DNA of 64,000 bases from an uncultured Alphaproteobacteria bacterium (GTDB lineage: Bacteria > Pseudomonadota > Alphaproteobacteria > Micropepsales > Micropepsaceae), in contig CAWHLV010000106.1 in the NCBI GenBank assembly GCA_963830095.1, positions 9,672-73,671 of the forward strand, written 5' to 3'. The notes under the pieces were generated by a model that saw nothing but the letters and a program-made list of their open reading frames with translations, was not told where the DNA came from and did no database searches. Position numbers and translations under genes: made by a program. Below are positions 1 to 11,069 of this stretch, in pieces. Positions within the stretch are counted from its first letter, which is position 1, and every line of letters starts with the position of its first letter.

Positions 1-958
1 TGCGTCGGCCATGGTCGATGTGCCATGGGCATTCACATAGTCGATATCGAGGGCGACAAGTCCAGCGCGCTTCATCGCCATCGTCATCGCCCGGAAACCG
101 CCATCACCGTCTTCCGATGGCGCGGTGATGTGATAGGCGTCGCCCGACAGGCCGTAGCCTGTGACTTCGCCATAGATTTGCGCGCCGCGCGCCCTGGCAT
201 GTTCCAGTTCTTCCAGCATGACCACGCCCGCACCTTCGCCCATGACAAAGCCGTCGCGGTCCTTGTCGTAGGGGCGCGAGGCCTTGTCGGTGTGTCGTTA
301 TAGGCGGTGGACAGCGCGCGGCAGGCATCGAAACCCGCGATGCCCAGACGGGAGATCGCGGATTCCGCACCGCCCGCCACCATCACATCGGCGTCGTCCA
401 GCGCGATCAGCCGCGCGGCGTCGCCGATGGCGTGGGCGCCCGTGGCGCAGGCGGTAACGACGGCATGATTGGGACCTTTGATAGCCATGTTCGATGGAGA
501 CATAGCCCGAGACCAGATTGATCAGCCGGCCCGGAATGAAGAAGGGCGACAGACGGCGCGGCCCCTTTTCGTGCACCAGGATCGCGGCATCCTCGATGCC
601 GGTCAGCCCGCCGATGCCCGAACCGATCAGGACACCGGTGCGGCAGCGTTCTTCTTCGGTCTTGGGTTCCCAGCCGGAATCGCGCCACCGCCTGCTCGGC
701 GGCCGCCAGTCCGTAGATGATGAAATCATCCATGCGCCGCTGTTCCTTGGGATCGACCCATTGGTCGGGATTGAAGCTGCCGTCGCTGCCATCGCCGCGC
801 GGCACCTGACAGGCGATGCGGTCGGCAGGTCGTCGGTCCTGAACTTGCGTGATCAGGCTGGCGCCGGATTGGCCGGCGAGCAGGCGCGACCAGGTCTCCT
901 CGACGCCACAAGCCAGCGGCGTGACAAGACCCAGGCCCGTAACGACGACCCTGCGCAT
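1..958 (-). CDS. fabF: 3-oxoacyl-ACP synthase II (runs off left edge; frameshifted)
   Basis: [18 protein letters not shown] start; [21 protein letters not shown] and active-site [12 protein letters not shown] motifs across frames; follows acpP. Confidence 0.95.
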
Positions 959-978
959 GAGGCCGACCACTCGCCGGA

Positions 979-1216
979 TCAGGCGCTTGGCTTTGTCGAT
1001 ATATTTGACGGCGTCACCGACGGTGACGATGGATTCGGCGGCGTCATCGGGAATTTCGATGCCGAATTCTTCCTCGAACGCCATCACCAGCTCGACTGTG
1101 TCGAGGCTGTCGGCCCCCAGATCTTCAATGAAAGACGCGGTGTCCGTGACCTTGTCGGCATCAACATTCAGATGCTCGACGACGATCTTCTTCACGCGCT
1201 CGGCAGTATCGCTCAT
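979..1216 (-). CDS. acpP: Acyl carrier protein
   Basis: [16 protein letters not shown]...[27 protein letters not shown]; probable stop TGA at 981-979 is 1 nt out of frame. Confidence 0.95.
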
Positions 1217-1358
1217 GGACTTGTAAGCCTCTCCTAGATTTCAAACCGGCAAAGGGGAAAACGCCGGGACCACACATTGGGTGCTTCGTGAGGTGGCCGG
1301 TTTGGTAACACAAACCTGCCGGCCCGCCAACGCGGCACTTAAGCTGTTGATTTCACTG

Positions 1359-2101
1359 TCATATCATTGCCATCCCGCCATTGATATGGATGGTTTCGCC
1401 CGTCACATAGGCGGCTTCCTGGGAGGCCAGATAGGCGACGGCGGCGGCGATTTCTTCGGGCAGGCCCATGCGGCCGGCCGGGATTCGCTGGGCGATCAGC
1501 TCTTTATACTTGTCGTCCAGAACATCGGTCATCGCCGTCTGCGATAAAACCGGGCGCCACGACATTGACTGTGATGTTGCGGGAAGCGACCTCGGCCGCC
1601 AGGCTCTTGCTCATCCCGACCAGGCCCGCCTTGGCGGCGGCGTAATTGCCCTGGCCGGGATTTCCGGTCGCGCCGACCAGGCTGCTGATCTGGATGATGC
1701 GGCCCCAGCGCTTTTTCATCATGCCGCGCAGCACGGCGCGCGACAGGCGGAAGGCGGCGGTGAGGTTCACCGCGATCACCTGATCCCATTCGTCGTCCTT
1801 CATGCGCATGAAGAGATTGTCGCGTGTGATGCCGGCATTGTTGACCAGGATGTCGATGCCTGCGCCCGCGGCTTCTTCCGCGGCCTTGGGCAGGGCTTCG
1901 ACGGATGCGGTATCGGACAGATTGGCCTGGGCGATGAAGGCGCGCGCGCCCAACTCGGCTTTGTAGCGTTTCCAGCGCCTCGGCGCGGGTGCCCGACAGC
2001 ACCACGGCCGCGCCCTGGCCATGCAGCGCCTTGGCGATGGCGCCACCGATGCCGCCGGATGCACCGGTTACCAATGCCGTTTTGCCTGTAAGGTCAAACA
2101 T
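1359..2101 (-). CDS. fabG: 3-oxoacyl-ACP reductase (frameshifted)
   Basis: [46 protein letters not shown]; fab operon context. Confidence 0.95.
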
Positions 2102-3050
2102 CCCAGAGCGCCTTTCGCGAATGTTTCCAAGTCGGCGGGGGAATCGAGCGTCACCATCGTGAGGCCAGGTTCGATGCGCTTGACCATGCCGCTCAACACC
2201 TTGTTGCCGCCGAATTCCACCGTCGTATCAACGGTCAGGCCCTTCAGCGCCAGAATGCTTTCGCGCCAGCGTACACGGCTGGTGACCTGTCCGATCAGCA
2301 GCTGGCGCACATGATCGGGATTGTTCGCTTCTTTGGCGGTGACATTGGCCAGCACCGGCACCGCCAGCGGACGGATGGTCGACCTTGTTCAATTCTTCCG
2401 CCATGCGGTCGGCGGCGGGCTGCATCAAGGGCGAATGGAACGGCGCCGACACCGAAAGCGGCATAGCGCGCTTGATGCCCTTGGCCTTGGCGATTTCGCC
2501 GGCGCGGGCGAGCGCGTCCATGGTGCCGGAGATCACCACCTGGCCCGGCGCATTGTCATTGGCGACGACGCAGACGCCGCCGGGTATCTGAGGCTTCTTT
2601 CGCCACGGCTTCGGCCTGTTCGATGTCGGCGCCGATCAGGGCGGTCATGCCGCCCTCGCCCACTGGCACCGCCGACTGCATCGCCTGGCCGCGAATTTTC
2701 AGAAGGCGTGCGGTGTCAGCGAGGCTGAAGGCACCTGCGGCCGCAAGCGCGGAATATTCGCCCAGGCTGTGGCCGGCGACCAGATAGGCATGTTTGGCAA
2801 CGTCCAGGCCCATGTCCTTTTCCAGGATGCGTATGATGGCCAGCGACAGGGCCATGATGGCGGGCTGGGCGTTTTCGGTTAGGGTGAGATCGGCTTCGGG
2901 GCCTTCCCACATCAATCTGGAAAGCTTCTGGGACAGCGCGTCATCCACTTCCTGGAACACCTCGCGTGCAGGTGCGAAAGCATCGGCCAGGTCCTTGCCC
3001 ATGCCGACTTTCTGGCTGCCCTGCCCGGGAAAAAGGAATGCGCGAGTTAT
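2100..3050 (-). CDS. fabD: Malonyl-CoA:ACP transacylase (frameshifted)
   Basis: [44 protein letters not shown] motifs. Confidence 0.93.
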
Positions 3051-3066
3051 TGAGGGGCGGGATAAA

Positions 3067-4344
3067 TCAAGAGGGCTTGCCTAAGTCAAGTTGGGAGAAA
3101 AATGCCCGCCCAATCATGATGACCGCCACGCCGCCCAGAACCAGCATGGCGGCAACAAAAGAAAGGCCGAACCCATAGGTTCCGGTCTGCTGTTTCGCCC
3201 AGCCCATCAGGGTGGGACCGAAGAAGCCGCCCAGATTGGAGACGCTGTTGAGCAGCGCGAGCCCCGCCGCCGCCGCGGTGCCGCGCAACAGCGAGGCCGG
3301 CAAGGTCCAGAACACCGCCAGCGCCGCATAGATGCCGCTGGTCGCAAGACACAGGAAGGCGATCACCAGCCAGTGGACATTGGCCGTCATCGCACCCACC
3401 ACACCCAGCGCCGCCAGGAAGGCGGCGAAGGCGACATGACCGGCGCGATTGCCGCTTCTGTCGCTGGACCAGCCCAAGCTCACCATTGCGCCCATCGCCA
3501 GAAGATAGGGCACGGCCACGATCCAGCCGGTTTCGCCAACGGAATAGCCCATGCCGTGCACCATCTGCGGCAGGAAGAAGTTCAGCGCATAAAGCGGAAA
3601 CACGATTGCGAAATCCGGAATCATCAGGATCCAGATGCGGCGGTCACACAAAAGCTCGCGCAGGCCGTGCAGCGCGCCTTTTGGTTCAGCGGCCAGACGC
3701 GCGGCGATGATGCGCTTTTCATCCGCCTTCAACCATTTGGCGGTCGCGGGACCATCCGGCAAAACCCATAAGCTCGCAATGCCGCACAGGATCGAGGGAA
3801 TGCCTTCCAGCACAATCATCCATTGCCAGCCGGCCATGCCGTGGCCGCTCACGCCCAACAGGGCGCTGGAGATGGGCGAGCCGATCACATTGGCCAGCGG
3901 CACCCCGGCCAGAAACAGCGCGATGAACCGCGCCCGCGTATAGGAGGGAAACCAGTAGGTCATGTACAGCACCATGCCGGGATAAAGCCCGGCCTCCGCC
4001 GCCCCCAGCAGAAAGCGCACGATGCAGAAGCTGACCGGCTCATGCGCGAAGGCCGTCAGCATGGACAGAAACCCCCAGCTGACACAGATGCGGCACATCC
4101 ACAGCCGCGCGCCCACCTTCTGCAGCATCAGGTTGGACGGCACCTCGAACAGAAAATAGCCGAAGAAGAAGACCCCGGAAGCGAAGCCATAGACCTGGGG
4201 CGAAAAGCCCAGATCGTGATTCATGGTCAGTGCGGCAAAAGAGATGTTCACCCGGTCCAGGAAGCTGACCACATACATCAGCGACATGAAGGGGATCAGC
4301 CGCCAGGCGGCGCGCGCCAGTATCTTGTCAGACGGATCAGTCAC
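3067..4344 (-). CDS. MFS transporter (ACS/TtuB-RhmT-like organic anion family)
   Basis: SFLDRVNISFA, YFLFEVPSNL, AEAGLYPG; GTG start overlaps the upstream TGA. Confidence 0.9.
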   Translation of the reverse strand: MTDPSDKILARAAWRLIPFMSLMYVVSFLDRVNISFAALTMNHDLGFSPQVYGFASGVFFFGYFLFEVPSNLMLQKVGARLWMCRICVSWGFLSMLTAFAHEPVSFCIVRFLLGAAEAGLYPGMVLYMTYWFPSYTRARFIALFLAGVPLANVIGSPISSALLGVSGHGMAGWQWMIVLEGIPSILCGIASLWVLPDGPATAKWLKADEKRIIAARLAAEPKGALHGLRELLCDRRIWILMIPDFAIVFPLYALNFFLPQMVHGMGYSVGETGWIVAVPYLLAMGAMVSLGWSSDRSGNRAGHVAFAAFLAALGVVGAMTANVHWLVIAFLCLATSGIYAALAVFWTLPASLLRGTAAAAGLALLNSVSNLGGFFGPTLMGWAKQQTGTYGFGLSFVAAMLVLGGVAVIMIGRAFFSQLDLGKPS

Positions 4345-5610
4345 GGTTTGCGCGACACGCTTTTGGACAAGAGCGCCATGGAAAGCGCGGCGATCATCGG
4401 CACGACCACACAGGCCCACAAGCCCGCCTTGTAGTCGCCGGTCGCCTGCCGCAGCAAGCCCATCATGGCCGGCCCGAAATAGCCGCTGAGATTTCCCACG
4501 CTGTTGATCAGCGCAAAGGCGCCCGCTGCCGCCGTGCCACCCAGGAATAGCGGCGGCACCGTCCAGAAAGTCGCAAGGCCCGAAAACACCCCGCCCGAGG
4601 CCAGGCAGAAGCCGAAGATCACGATCACGACGTTACTGCCGACCGCCGCGATGGCAAAACCCGCCGAAGCCAGCAGCGCCGACAGGCAGAAATGCAGCAC
4701 GCGCCGGCCGGTGCGGTCCGAGGAATGGCCGAACAGCCACAGCACGGCCAGCGAGAAGACGTAAGGGATCATCACGACGAAGCTTGTCTGATGGATGGAA
4801 TATCCCATAGCCTGCACCATGGTCGGCATCCACAGGCCCAGCGCATAGATGCCGAACACGATGGCGAAATCCGGAATTATCAACGCCCATACCCGCCAGT
4901 CCTTCATCATCTCACCCAGCCCGTGCACCTGGGCCTTGGGATCGGCAGCCAGCCGCGACAGGACCACTGTCTTCTCATGTTCCGACAGCCATTTGGCCTT
5001 GGCCGGATTGTCCGGCATCCACACCAGCACCGCCAAACCCAGCAACAGGGTGGGGATGGCTTCCAGCAGGTACATCCACTGCCAGCCATGCAGGCCGGCG
5101 GTTTCGATTCCCAACAGCCAGCCCGACAGTGGCGAGCCCAGAATATTGGCCGCCGGGATGCCCATGCAGAACAGGGCGATGATGCGCGCCCGCGTCGCCG
5201 CCGGAAACCAATAGGTGAAATAGAGCAGGATGCCGGGATAAAGGCCGGCTTCCGCCAGTCCCAGCACAAAGCGCATGGCATAAAAGCTGTAGGGGCCGTT
5301 GACGAAGGCGGTGGCCATCGAGACCAGCCCCCAGGTCAGCATGATGCGACAGATCCAGATGCGCGCTCCGACCTTTTCCATGATCAGATTGGACGGCACC
5401 TCGAACAGGAAATAGCCCCAGAAGAAGATGCCGGCGCCATTGCCATAGACTTCCGGGCGTGAAACCCAGGTCATGGTTCATGGTCAGGGCGGCGAAGCCG
5501 ACATTCACCCGGTTGAGGAAGGCGGCGACGTACATGGCCAGGATCAGCGGCACCAGCCGGAAGGCGGCGCGGCGCAGGATCGCGTCCGCCTCACTCTGTG
5601 TCGCTTCCAT
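4341..5610 (-). CDS. MFS transporter, paralog of adjacent gene (one frameshift near 5460)
   Basis: AFLNRVNVGFAALTMN, YFLFEVPSNL, AEAGLYPG, INSVGNLSG. Confidence 0.88.
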
Positions 5611-5840
5611 GACTTCTTTCGCCCCCATCTGTCACAACTCGAGTCGGCTTCGCCGACATCTCGCTGTGACATCTTCCCCCGGCTGCCCTGACGGGCGCGG
5701 GGGAAGAAAGCCTGTGTTTGTTTTTAAGCTCGGCACAACGTCAGCCAGCTTGGTGCCAATTACAAGTTCCTCGTTCCGCAGCGCTGCGCCCGAGCCTAAG
5801 CTCGCCGCGTTGCGTGATTCCAACTTCGAAGGACTGCCCC

Positions 5841-5969
5841 ATGAAGAAGCTCGTTGCCGCCGCCATCGCACTGACCGTGCTGGGCGCCGTCGCCGTCCAG
5901 GCCGCCCCCCACCACCGCCACCGCGTCTGCGTGGTCCACCATCATCACCGGGTCTGTCACTGGCGCTAA
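5841..5969 (+). CDS. Small secreted His-rich peptide (HHHH-motif type), 42 aa
   Basis: GAAGGA RBS; MKKLVAAAIALTVLGAVAVQA signal peptide, then APHHRHRVCVVHHHHRVCHWR; hairpin+T-run follows. Confidence 0.8.
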   Translation: MKKLVAAAIALTVLGAVAVQAAPHHRHRVCVVHHHHRVCHWR

Positions 5970-5992
5970 AGCCGGCCAGCCGGCTGCAAAAT

Positions 5993-6035
5993 CAGGGCGT
6001 GGAGGCGCTAACCGCCTTTGCGCCCTGTTTTTTTT
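5993..6035 (+). terminator. Intrinsic terminator after the His-rich peptide gene
   Basis: CAGGGCG...CGCCCTG stem followed by T8. Confidence 0.7.
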
Positions 6036-6194
6036 GGCCGTGGGCCGGGCGGCCCACTGGCTTTTTTTGGCTGCCTTGCCCTTTGCGGCCCTTTTCTCTA
6101 TAGACCCGGCCCTCAACGGCCACGGTCGGCCGGGCCCCTTCCAGAAGAAGGGTTGGCGCATTGTGCGCGTCCCGGGCGAGCCAAAGCGAAGACG

Positions 6195-6242
6195 GGAACC
6201 CTCCCAGCTTCGTTCCGCGGACCGAAAGGAAAGGGAACGCAG
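6195..6242 (+). promoter_or_regulatory. Possible S6:S18 autoregulatory leader hairpin
   Basis: CGTTCC...GGAACG stem encloses the purine-rich RBS just upstream of the rpsF ATG, with internal CCG. Confidence 0.35.
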
Positions 6243-6614
6243 ATGGCTCTTTACGAGCATCTCCTGATCGCGCGCCAGGACATCAGCGCGCAGCAGGTGG
6301 ACGCACTGGCCACCCATCTCAAGACCATCGTCGAAGGCGAAGGCGGCAAGATCGAAAAGCAGGAATATTGGGGCCTGCGCGGACTTGCCTATCGCATCAA
6401 GAAGAACCGCAAGGGGCATTATGTGCTCCTCAACATCAACGCCCCGTCCAAGGCGGTGATCGAGCTGGAACGCCAGCTCAAGATCAACGAAGACGTGCTG
6501 CGCTATCTCACCGTCAAGGTGGACCAGTTCGACGTCTCGTCGAACAAGAACCGCCGTGACGACCGCGCCGAAGCCCGAGGGCGAAGGGCCGTGACCGAGG
6601 AGACCGTGCAATGA
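6243..6614 (+). CDS. rpsF: 30S ribosomal protein S6
   Basis: [15 protein letters not shown]...[20 protein letters not shown]. Confidence 0.97.
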   Translation: MALYEHLLIARQDISAQQVDALATHLKTIVEGEGGKIEKQEYWGLRGLAYRIKKNRKGHYVLLNINAPSKAVIELERQLKINEDVLRYLTVKVDQFDVSSNKNRRDDRAEARGRRAVTEETVQ

Positions 6615-6934
6615 GCTATGGTGGCAACCGTGAAGGCGGACGTGGCGGAGATCGTGAAGGCGGGCGTGGCGGCGACCGCGAAGGCGGCCGTGGCGGCCGC
6701 GAGGACGGCGCGCGCCGTCCCTTCTTCCGCCGCAAGAAGACCTGCCCCTTCTCGGGCGATAACGCGCCCAAGATCGACTACAAGGACGTCAAGCTCCTGC
6801 AGCGCTTCATTTCCGAGCGCGGCAAGATCGTGCCGTCGCGCATTACCGCGGTCAGCAACAAGAAGCAGCGCATCCTGGCCAACGCCATCAAGCGCGCCCG
6901 CTTCATGGCGCTGCTGCCCTACGTCGTGAAGTAG
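6611..6934 (+). CDS. rpsR: 30S ribosomal protein S18 with Gly/Arg-rich N-terminal extension
   Basis: [15 protein letters not shown]...[25 protein letters not shown]. Confidence 0.97.
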   Translation: MSYGGNREGGRGGDREGGRGGDREGGRGGREDGARRPFFRRKKTCPFSGDNAPKIDYKDVKLLQRFISERGKIVPSRITAVSNKKQRILANAIKRARFMALLPYVVK

Positions 6935-6944
6935 GAGAACCGTC

Positions 6945-7535
6945 ATGCAAGTGATCCTGCTCGAAAGAGTCGAGAAGCTGGGCCAGATGGGCGATGAAGT
7001 CCGCGTCAAGGACGGCTTTGCCCGCAACTTCCTTCTGCCCAAGAAGAAGGCGCTTCGCGCCACCAAGGCGAACCGTGACTATTTCCAGACCCAGAAGGCG
7101 CATCTGGAAGCCAACAATCTGAAGCTGAAGGGCGAAGCCGAGAAGGTCGGCGCCAAGCTCGACGGCAAGTCGTTCACCCTGATCCGCCAGGCCGGCGACC
7201 GTGGCCAGCTTTATGGTTCCGTCAGCCCGCGCGACGTCGCCGACGCCATGGAAAAGGCCGGCTTCAAGGTCGACCGTCACCAGGTCAACATCAGCGTGGC
7301 GATCAAGGCCATCGGCCTGTTCACGATTCCGGTTATCCTGCATCCGGAAGTGAAGGTGAACATCACCGTCAATGTCGCCCGCAGCGAAGACGAAGCCGAG
7401 CGCCAAGCGCGCGGCGAGGACGTGCTGGTGTCGAAGACGGACCAGGAAGAGGCCGTTGCCGCCGCCGAGGAAATCTTCGAGGAAGGCGCCGGCCCTGCTG
7501 CCGAAGCCACCGAGGAAGAGCCCGCGGAAGCGTAA
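6945..7535 (+). CDS. rplI: 50S ribosomal protein L9
   Basis: [32 protein letters not shown]; GQLYGSV. Confidence 0.98.
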   Translation: MQVILLERVEKLGQMGDEVRVKDGFARNFLLPKKKALRATKANRDYFQTQKAHLEANNLKLKGEAEKVGAKLDGKSFTLIRQAGDRGQLYGSVSPRDVADAMEKAGFKVDRHQVNISVAIKAIGLFTIPVILHPEVKVNITVNVARSEDEAERQARGEDVLVSKTDQEEAVAAAEEIFEEGAGPAAEATEEEPAEA

Positions 7536-7555
7536 CCTTCCCGCCCTATCAAATG

Positions 7556-7587
7556 AAAAGGCCCGGTTCATCGCCGGGCCTTTTTTA
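7556..7587 (+). terminator. Intrinsic terminator of rpsF-rpsR-rplI
   Basis: AAAAGGCCCGG-ttcatcg-CCGGGCCTTTTTT. Confidence 0.88.
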
Positions 7588-7741
7588 TGGCTCGTAGCCG
7601 GATGACGGTAATTTCCATGCTTTAAGCTGAGCGAACCGCCCGAATTGCCAACGGCCAGCCCTTCTGCCTCAATAGACCTAATGGGCGATCATCAGGGGGC
7701 GGCTTGTCATTCTGTTTTGACCGTATTGACCAGGTGACTTA

Positions 7742-9334
7742 ATGAGCATCCAGGATGCGCATGCGGCGCTGCGGCAAGGCCGCATCGAGGATGCCATCGC
7801 AGCCTTTCGCGCCGAGTTGGCGCGCGAACCGCGCGTGGTCGAGACCTGGCAGGAGCTGGCGGGTGCGCTGAAACGGGCGGGACGCGCGGGCGAAGCAGAA
7901 ACCATCTATCGAAACATTCTGCTGCGCATGCCTGGGTTTTTGCCGGCGCGGCTGACCCTAAGCGCCATGCTGATAGACCAGCAGCGCTTCGTTGAAGCCG
8001 AGACCGTCGCTCGCGAGGGCTTGGCGCATGCCGCCGACCCGCAACTGGCCGGAGTGCTGCATAATAATCTGGGTCAGGCGCTGCGCGGCTTGACCCGCTT
8101 TTCTGAAGCACTGGAGCATCTGGAAAAAGCTCAGGCGCTAAACCCAGCCTTGCCGGGATTGGACCTGATGCGCGCCCAGACGCTTGAGCAAATGCAGCGG
8201 TTCGACGCCGCGCTGGCGTTGTTTGAAAGGCTGATTGCGCGCGAACCCCATGCGCCCTTGTTGCAACGATCCTATAATGAGCTGCTCTACAGGCTGGATC
8301 GTCACGAAGATGCCCTCAAATCCTATGACCGCGCCCCCAAAACGCGTGAGTTGCTCCTGGACAAGGCCTATTTCCTGTCTCATGAGCTGCGCGGCGAGGA
8401 AGCGTTGGGCGTGTATCGCGAACTTCATGCCCGGGATACTCACGATGCCATAGCCGCCGCCGGTATCGCCAACACATTATTGATGATGCAGCACTATGAA
8501 GAAGCCGCCGCCGCTTTCGATGTGGCGCTGGCGGCCAGCCCGTCCGATCCTGACCTCTATTCCTCTGCCGCCGCCGTCGCGCTGCACCGGGACGATCCCG
8601 AGAAGGCGGTTGCCTTGTGCGAACAGGCCTTGCGACTGGCACCACTAAGCCAGCCTGCATTGGCAACGCTAAGCGTGGGGCTGCGCACGCTTGACGACCC
8701 GCGCGACGAGATGCTCAACGGCTATGATACGCTCATTCAGGTGTTCGATCTGGAGCCGCCGGCCGGATTCGCCAGTATGGAGGATTTCAACGCGGAGCTT
8801 TGCAACTATCTTGATCGCATTCATCCCACCGCTCGCAGATTCCACAATCAGACGCTGCGGGAAGGCACGCAGACCAATGGCGACCTGTTCGGCGCCGGCC
8901 ACGAGCTGGTGGAGCGCGTGCAAATTCGCATTCATGAAGCGGTGGGCGACTATGTAGCCGGTTTGAAGGAGGATGCGCGCCACCCCTTCTTGTCGCGGCG
9001 CACACGCAACACCCGCTACAATGGCTCCTGGTCGTCACGGCTCGGCGATTGCGGCTTTCACGTCAACCACACCCATCCGCGCGGCTGGATCAGTTCCTGC
9101 TACTATGCCGGTGTGCCCGATGTGGTAAAGGACGAAAGCCAACGCCAGGGCTGGATCAAGTTCGGAGAATCCAGTTTCGAGAATCTGCTGCAGAGGAATC
9201 CGGCGCGGCGCGCGGTGCAGCCAGTGCCCGGCCGGCTGGTGCTATTCCCCTCCTACATGTGGCACGGCACCAATCCGTTTCACGCGCCCACGGCCCGCAC
9301 CACCATCGCCTTCGATGTGGTGCCGGCCGACTGA
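7742..9334 (+). CDS. TPR-repeat protein with C-terminal putative 2OG-Fe(II) oxygenase domain
   Basis: Multiple TPR-like helices; GFHVNHTHPRGWISSCYY, PGRLVLFPSYMWHGT, RTTIAFD. Confidence 0.85.
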   Translation: MSIQDAHAALRQGRIEDAIAAFRAELAREPRVVETWQELAGALKRAGRAGEAETIYRNILLRMPGFLPARLTLSAMLIDQQRFVEAETVAREGLAHAADPQLAGVLHNNLGQALRGLTRFSEALEHLEKAQALNPALPGLDLMRAQTLEQMQRFDAALALFERLIAREPHAPLLQRSYNELLYRLDRHEDALKSYDRAPKTRELLLDKAYFLSHELRGEEALGVYRELHARDTHDAIAAAGIANTLLMMQHYEEAAAAFDVALAASPSDPDLYSSAAAVALHRDDPEKAVALCEQALRLAPLSQPALATLSVGLRTLDDPRDEMLNGYDTLIQVFDLEPPAGFASMEDFNAELCNYLDRIHPTARRFHNQTLREGTQTNGDLFGAGHELVERVQIRIHEAVGDYVAGLKEDARHPFLSRRTRNTRYNGSWSSRLGDCGFHVNHTHPRGWISSCYYAGVPDVVKDESQRQGWIKFGESSFENLLQRNPARRAVQPVPGRLVLFPSYMWHGTNPFHAPTARTTIAFDVVPAD

Positions 9335-9410
9335 AGCCAGCTGGAAGCAGCGACAGTGATTGCGTCCGTCAAGCACGCTTACTACACTGGGAGACCGGAA
9401 AAACGCGCTT

Positions 9411-10031
9411 ATGTCGGGGAGGCATTTGGGAGCCGTTCCACTATCTACCGAACCGAAAGCCAGCCGCCTCCTGATATCGGGGCGAGAGCTTTTCATATGC
9501 GACGGCTTTGTCGATCCCGCTTTGGTCACCAAAATCGGAGGCGCCGTCCAAAGCCTGCGCTATGAGCGCAAGGAAATGAGCCGTGTGGATGTTCCGCCTT
9601 CCGCGGCGTCTGCCGACATACCGGATGAGGTTGTGAGTGCGGATCCCTTTTTCCTGCGCCTGCGCCAGGTGGCTGAGTGGATGTTTCCTGGCGAAGTGTT
9701 GCGCGACCAGCGTGCTTATGTGAACAGCAGCGTCTATGGCGATAGTTATTATACCCATCGTGACTGCTCGGCGCATCGCAATCACGTCACCGTGTTGTAC
9801 TATGTCAATCTGGACTGGCACACCGATTGGGGCGGAGAAACCATCTTCTTTGACGATGATTATGACGCGCGGCTGGTGGTAACGCCCAGGGCGGGGCGCA
9901 TCGTGGTTTCTCGCGGCGCCATCTTGCATCGCGGTACAGTACCGACCAGCTCCTGTCCGGAGAAACGCTATACAATCGCGTACAAGCTGCTATCGGGCGA
10001 TCCCGCCGACGATCCGCCGCACCAGAGGTAA
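9411..10031 (+). CDS. 2OG-Fe(II) oxygenase (prolyl-hydroxylase-like)
   Basis: THRD, TVLYYVNLDWHTDWGGETIF, ILHRG, RYTIAYK. Confidence 0.85.
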   Translation: MSGRHLGAVPLSTEPKASRLLISGRELFICDGFVDPALVTKIGGAVQSLRYERKEMSRVDVPPSAASADIPDEVVSADPFFLRLRQVAEWMFPGEVLRDQRAYVNSSVYGDSYYTHRDCSAHRNHVTVLYYVNLDWHTDWGGETIFFDDDYDARLVVTPRAGRIVVSRGAILHRGTVPTSSCPEKRYTIAYKLLSGDPADDPPHQR

Positions 10032-10054
10032 GTTCCAGCCCAATTTCCGGGCAT

Positions 10055-10971
10055 CTAGGCGCTGCGCACATACTGGTTGAACCACTCGATCGTGCGGCTC
10101 CAGGCCTGCTCGGCCGCGGCCCTGTTGTAGCGCTCCGGCGTGGCGTCATTGAAGAAGCCGTGCACCGCGTTCGGATAGACATGTCCTTCAAAAGCGGATG
10201 TGGTTTTTCTCCAGCTCCGCGGCCTGTGCCGGATAGCCACCCGCCAGGGGTCTTATCCAGTCCACCATGATGGATGAGGATCGCCGCCTTGATCTTGGGC
10301 ACACCTCCGGGTCGGTCGGCGCGCCATAGAACGGCGCCGCAGCCCCCAGATCATCGCCCATCTGAACCGCCAGCGTGTTGGCCACCCCGCCGCCTATAGC
10401 AGATTCCGGCGGCGCCGATTTTGCCTGTGCAGTCGGGCTCGCGCCTTCAGCCAGCGCGCCGCGGCCAGGAAATCTTGGCCCCCGCTTGGCGCCATCGAGC
10501 TTGGAGAACAGCAGCCCGCCCTTGTAATCGTCGCCGGGGTAGCCGCTGACCGAGGTCAGCGCGTCCGGCGCAAAGGCCATGAAATTCTCCAGCGCGAAAC
10601 GGCGCGCAACATCTTCGGTATGCGGATTAAGACCCCGGTTCTCATGCACCACGATCACGCCGGGCAGTTTCGCCGGCGTGGCGTCGCGCGTGTCGGCGCT
10701 GAACGGGCGACACAAAATAGCCGCGGATGGAACCATAGCCATCCGGCTGAGGGGATGGTCTCATAGCTCGCCTTGATCCGCTCGTCATTTCTGGCGACCT
10801 GCTGGCCCAGGGCATAATTGGGCATCAGCGCGTCGATGATGGCCGAGGCGGTCAGCCCGGCTATCGCATAGCTTTTGACGCCGTTGACAAAAGCGCGCCG
10901 GCTGATCTCGCCGTGAATGAACTGGGTGACACTTCCACCGCTTCCGCGGGAATTTTCTTTTTGCCGTCCAT
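10055..10971 (-). CDS. Dienelactone hydrolase family (YghX-like; frameshifted)
   Basis: HGEISRRAF, VIVVHENRGLNPH, APDAL, APFYG, HGFFNDATPERY. Confidence 0.85.
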
Positions 10972-11069
10972 GGATGCCTCCTCGCCTTGGCGGTCCTAGC
11001 ACAGCGCCGGGCTCCGGCGGTGTCAATCGTCAAACCGGGGCGCAAGCACAGCCTTTGCGGCCTTTTTCT

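Noticed and set aside
407-1216. Apparent AcpP-FabF fusion ORF (269 aa)
   Set aside because: A single indel near the acpP stop (TGA at 981-979) explains it, and fabF has its own ATG at 958
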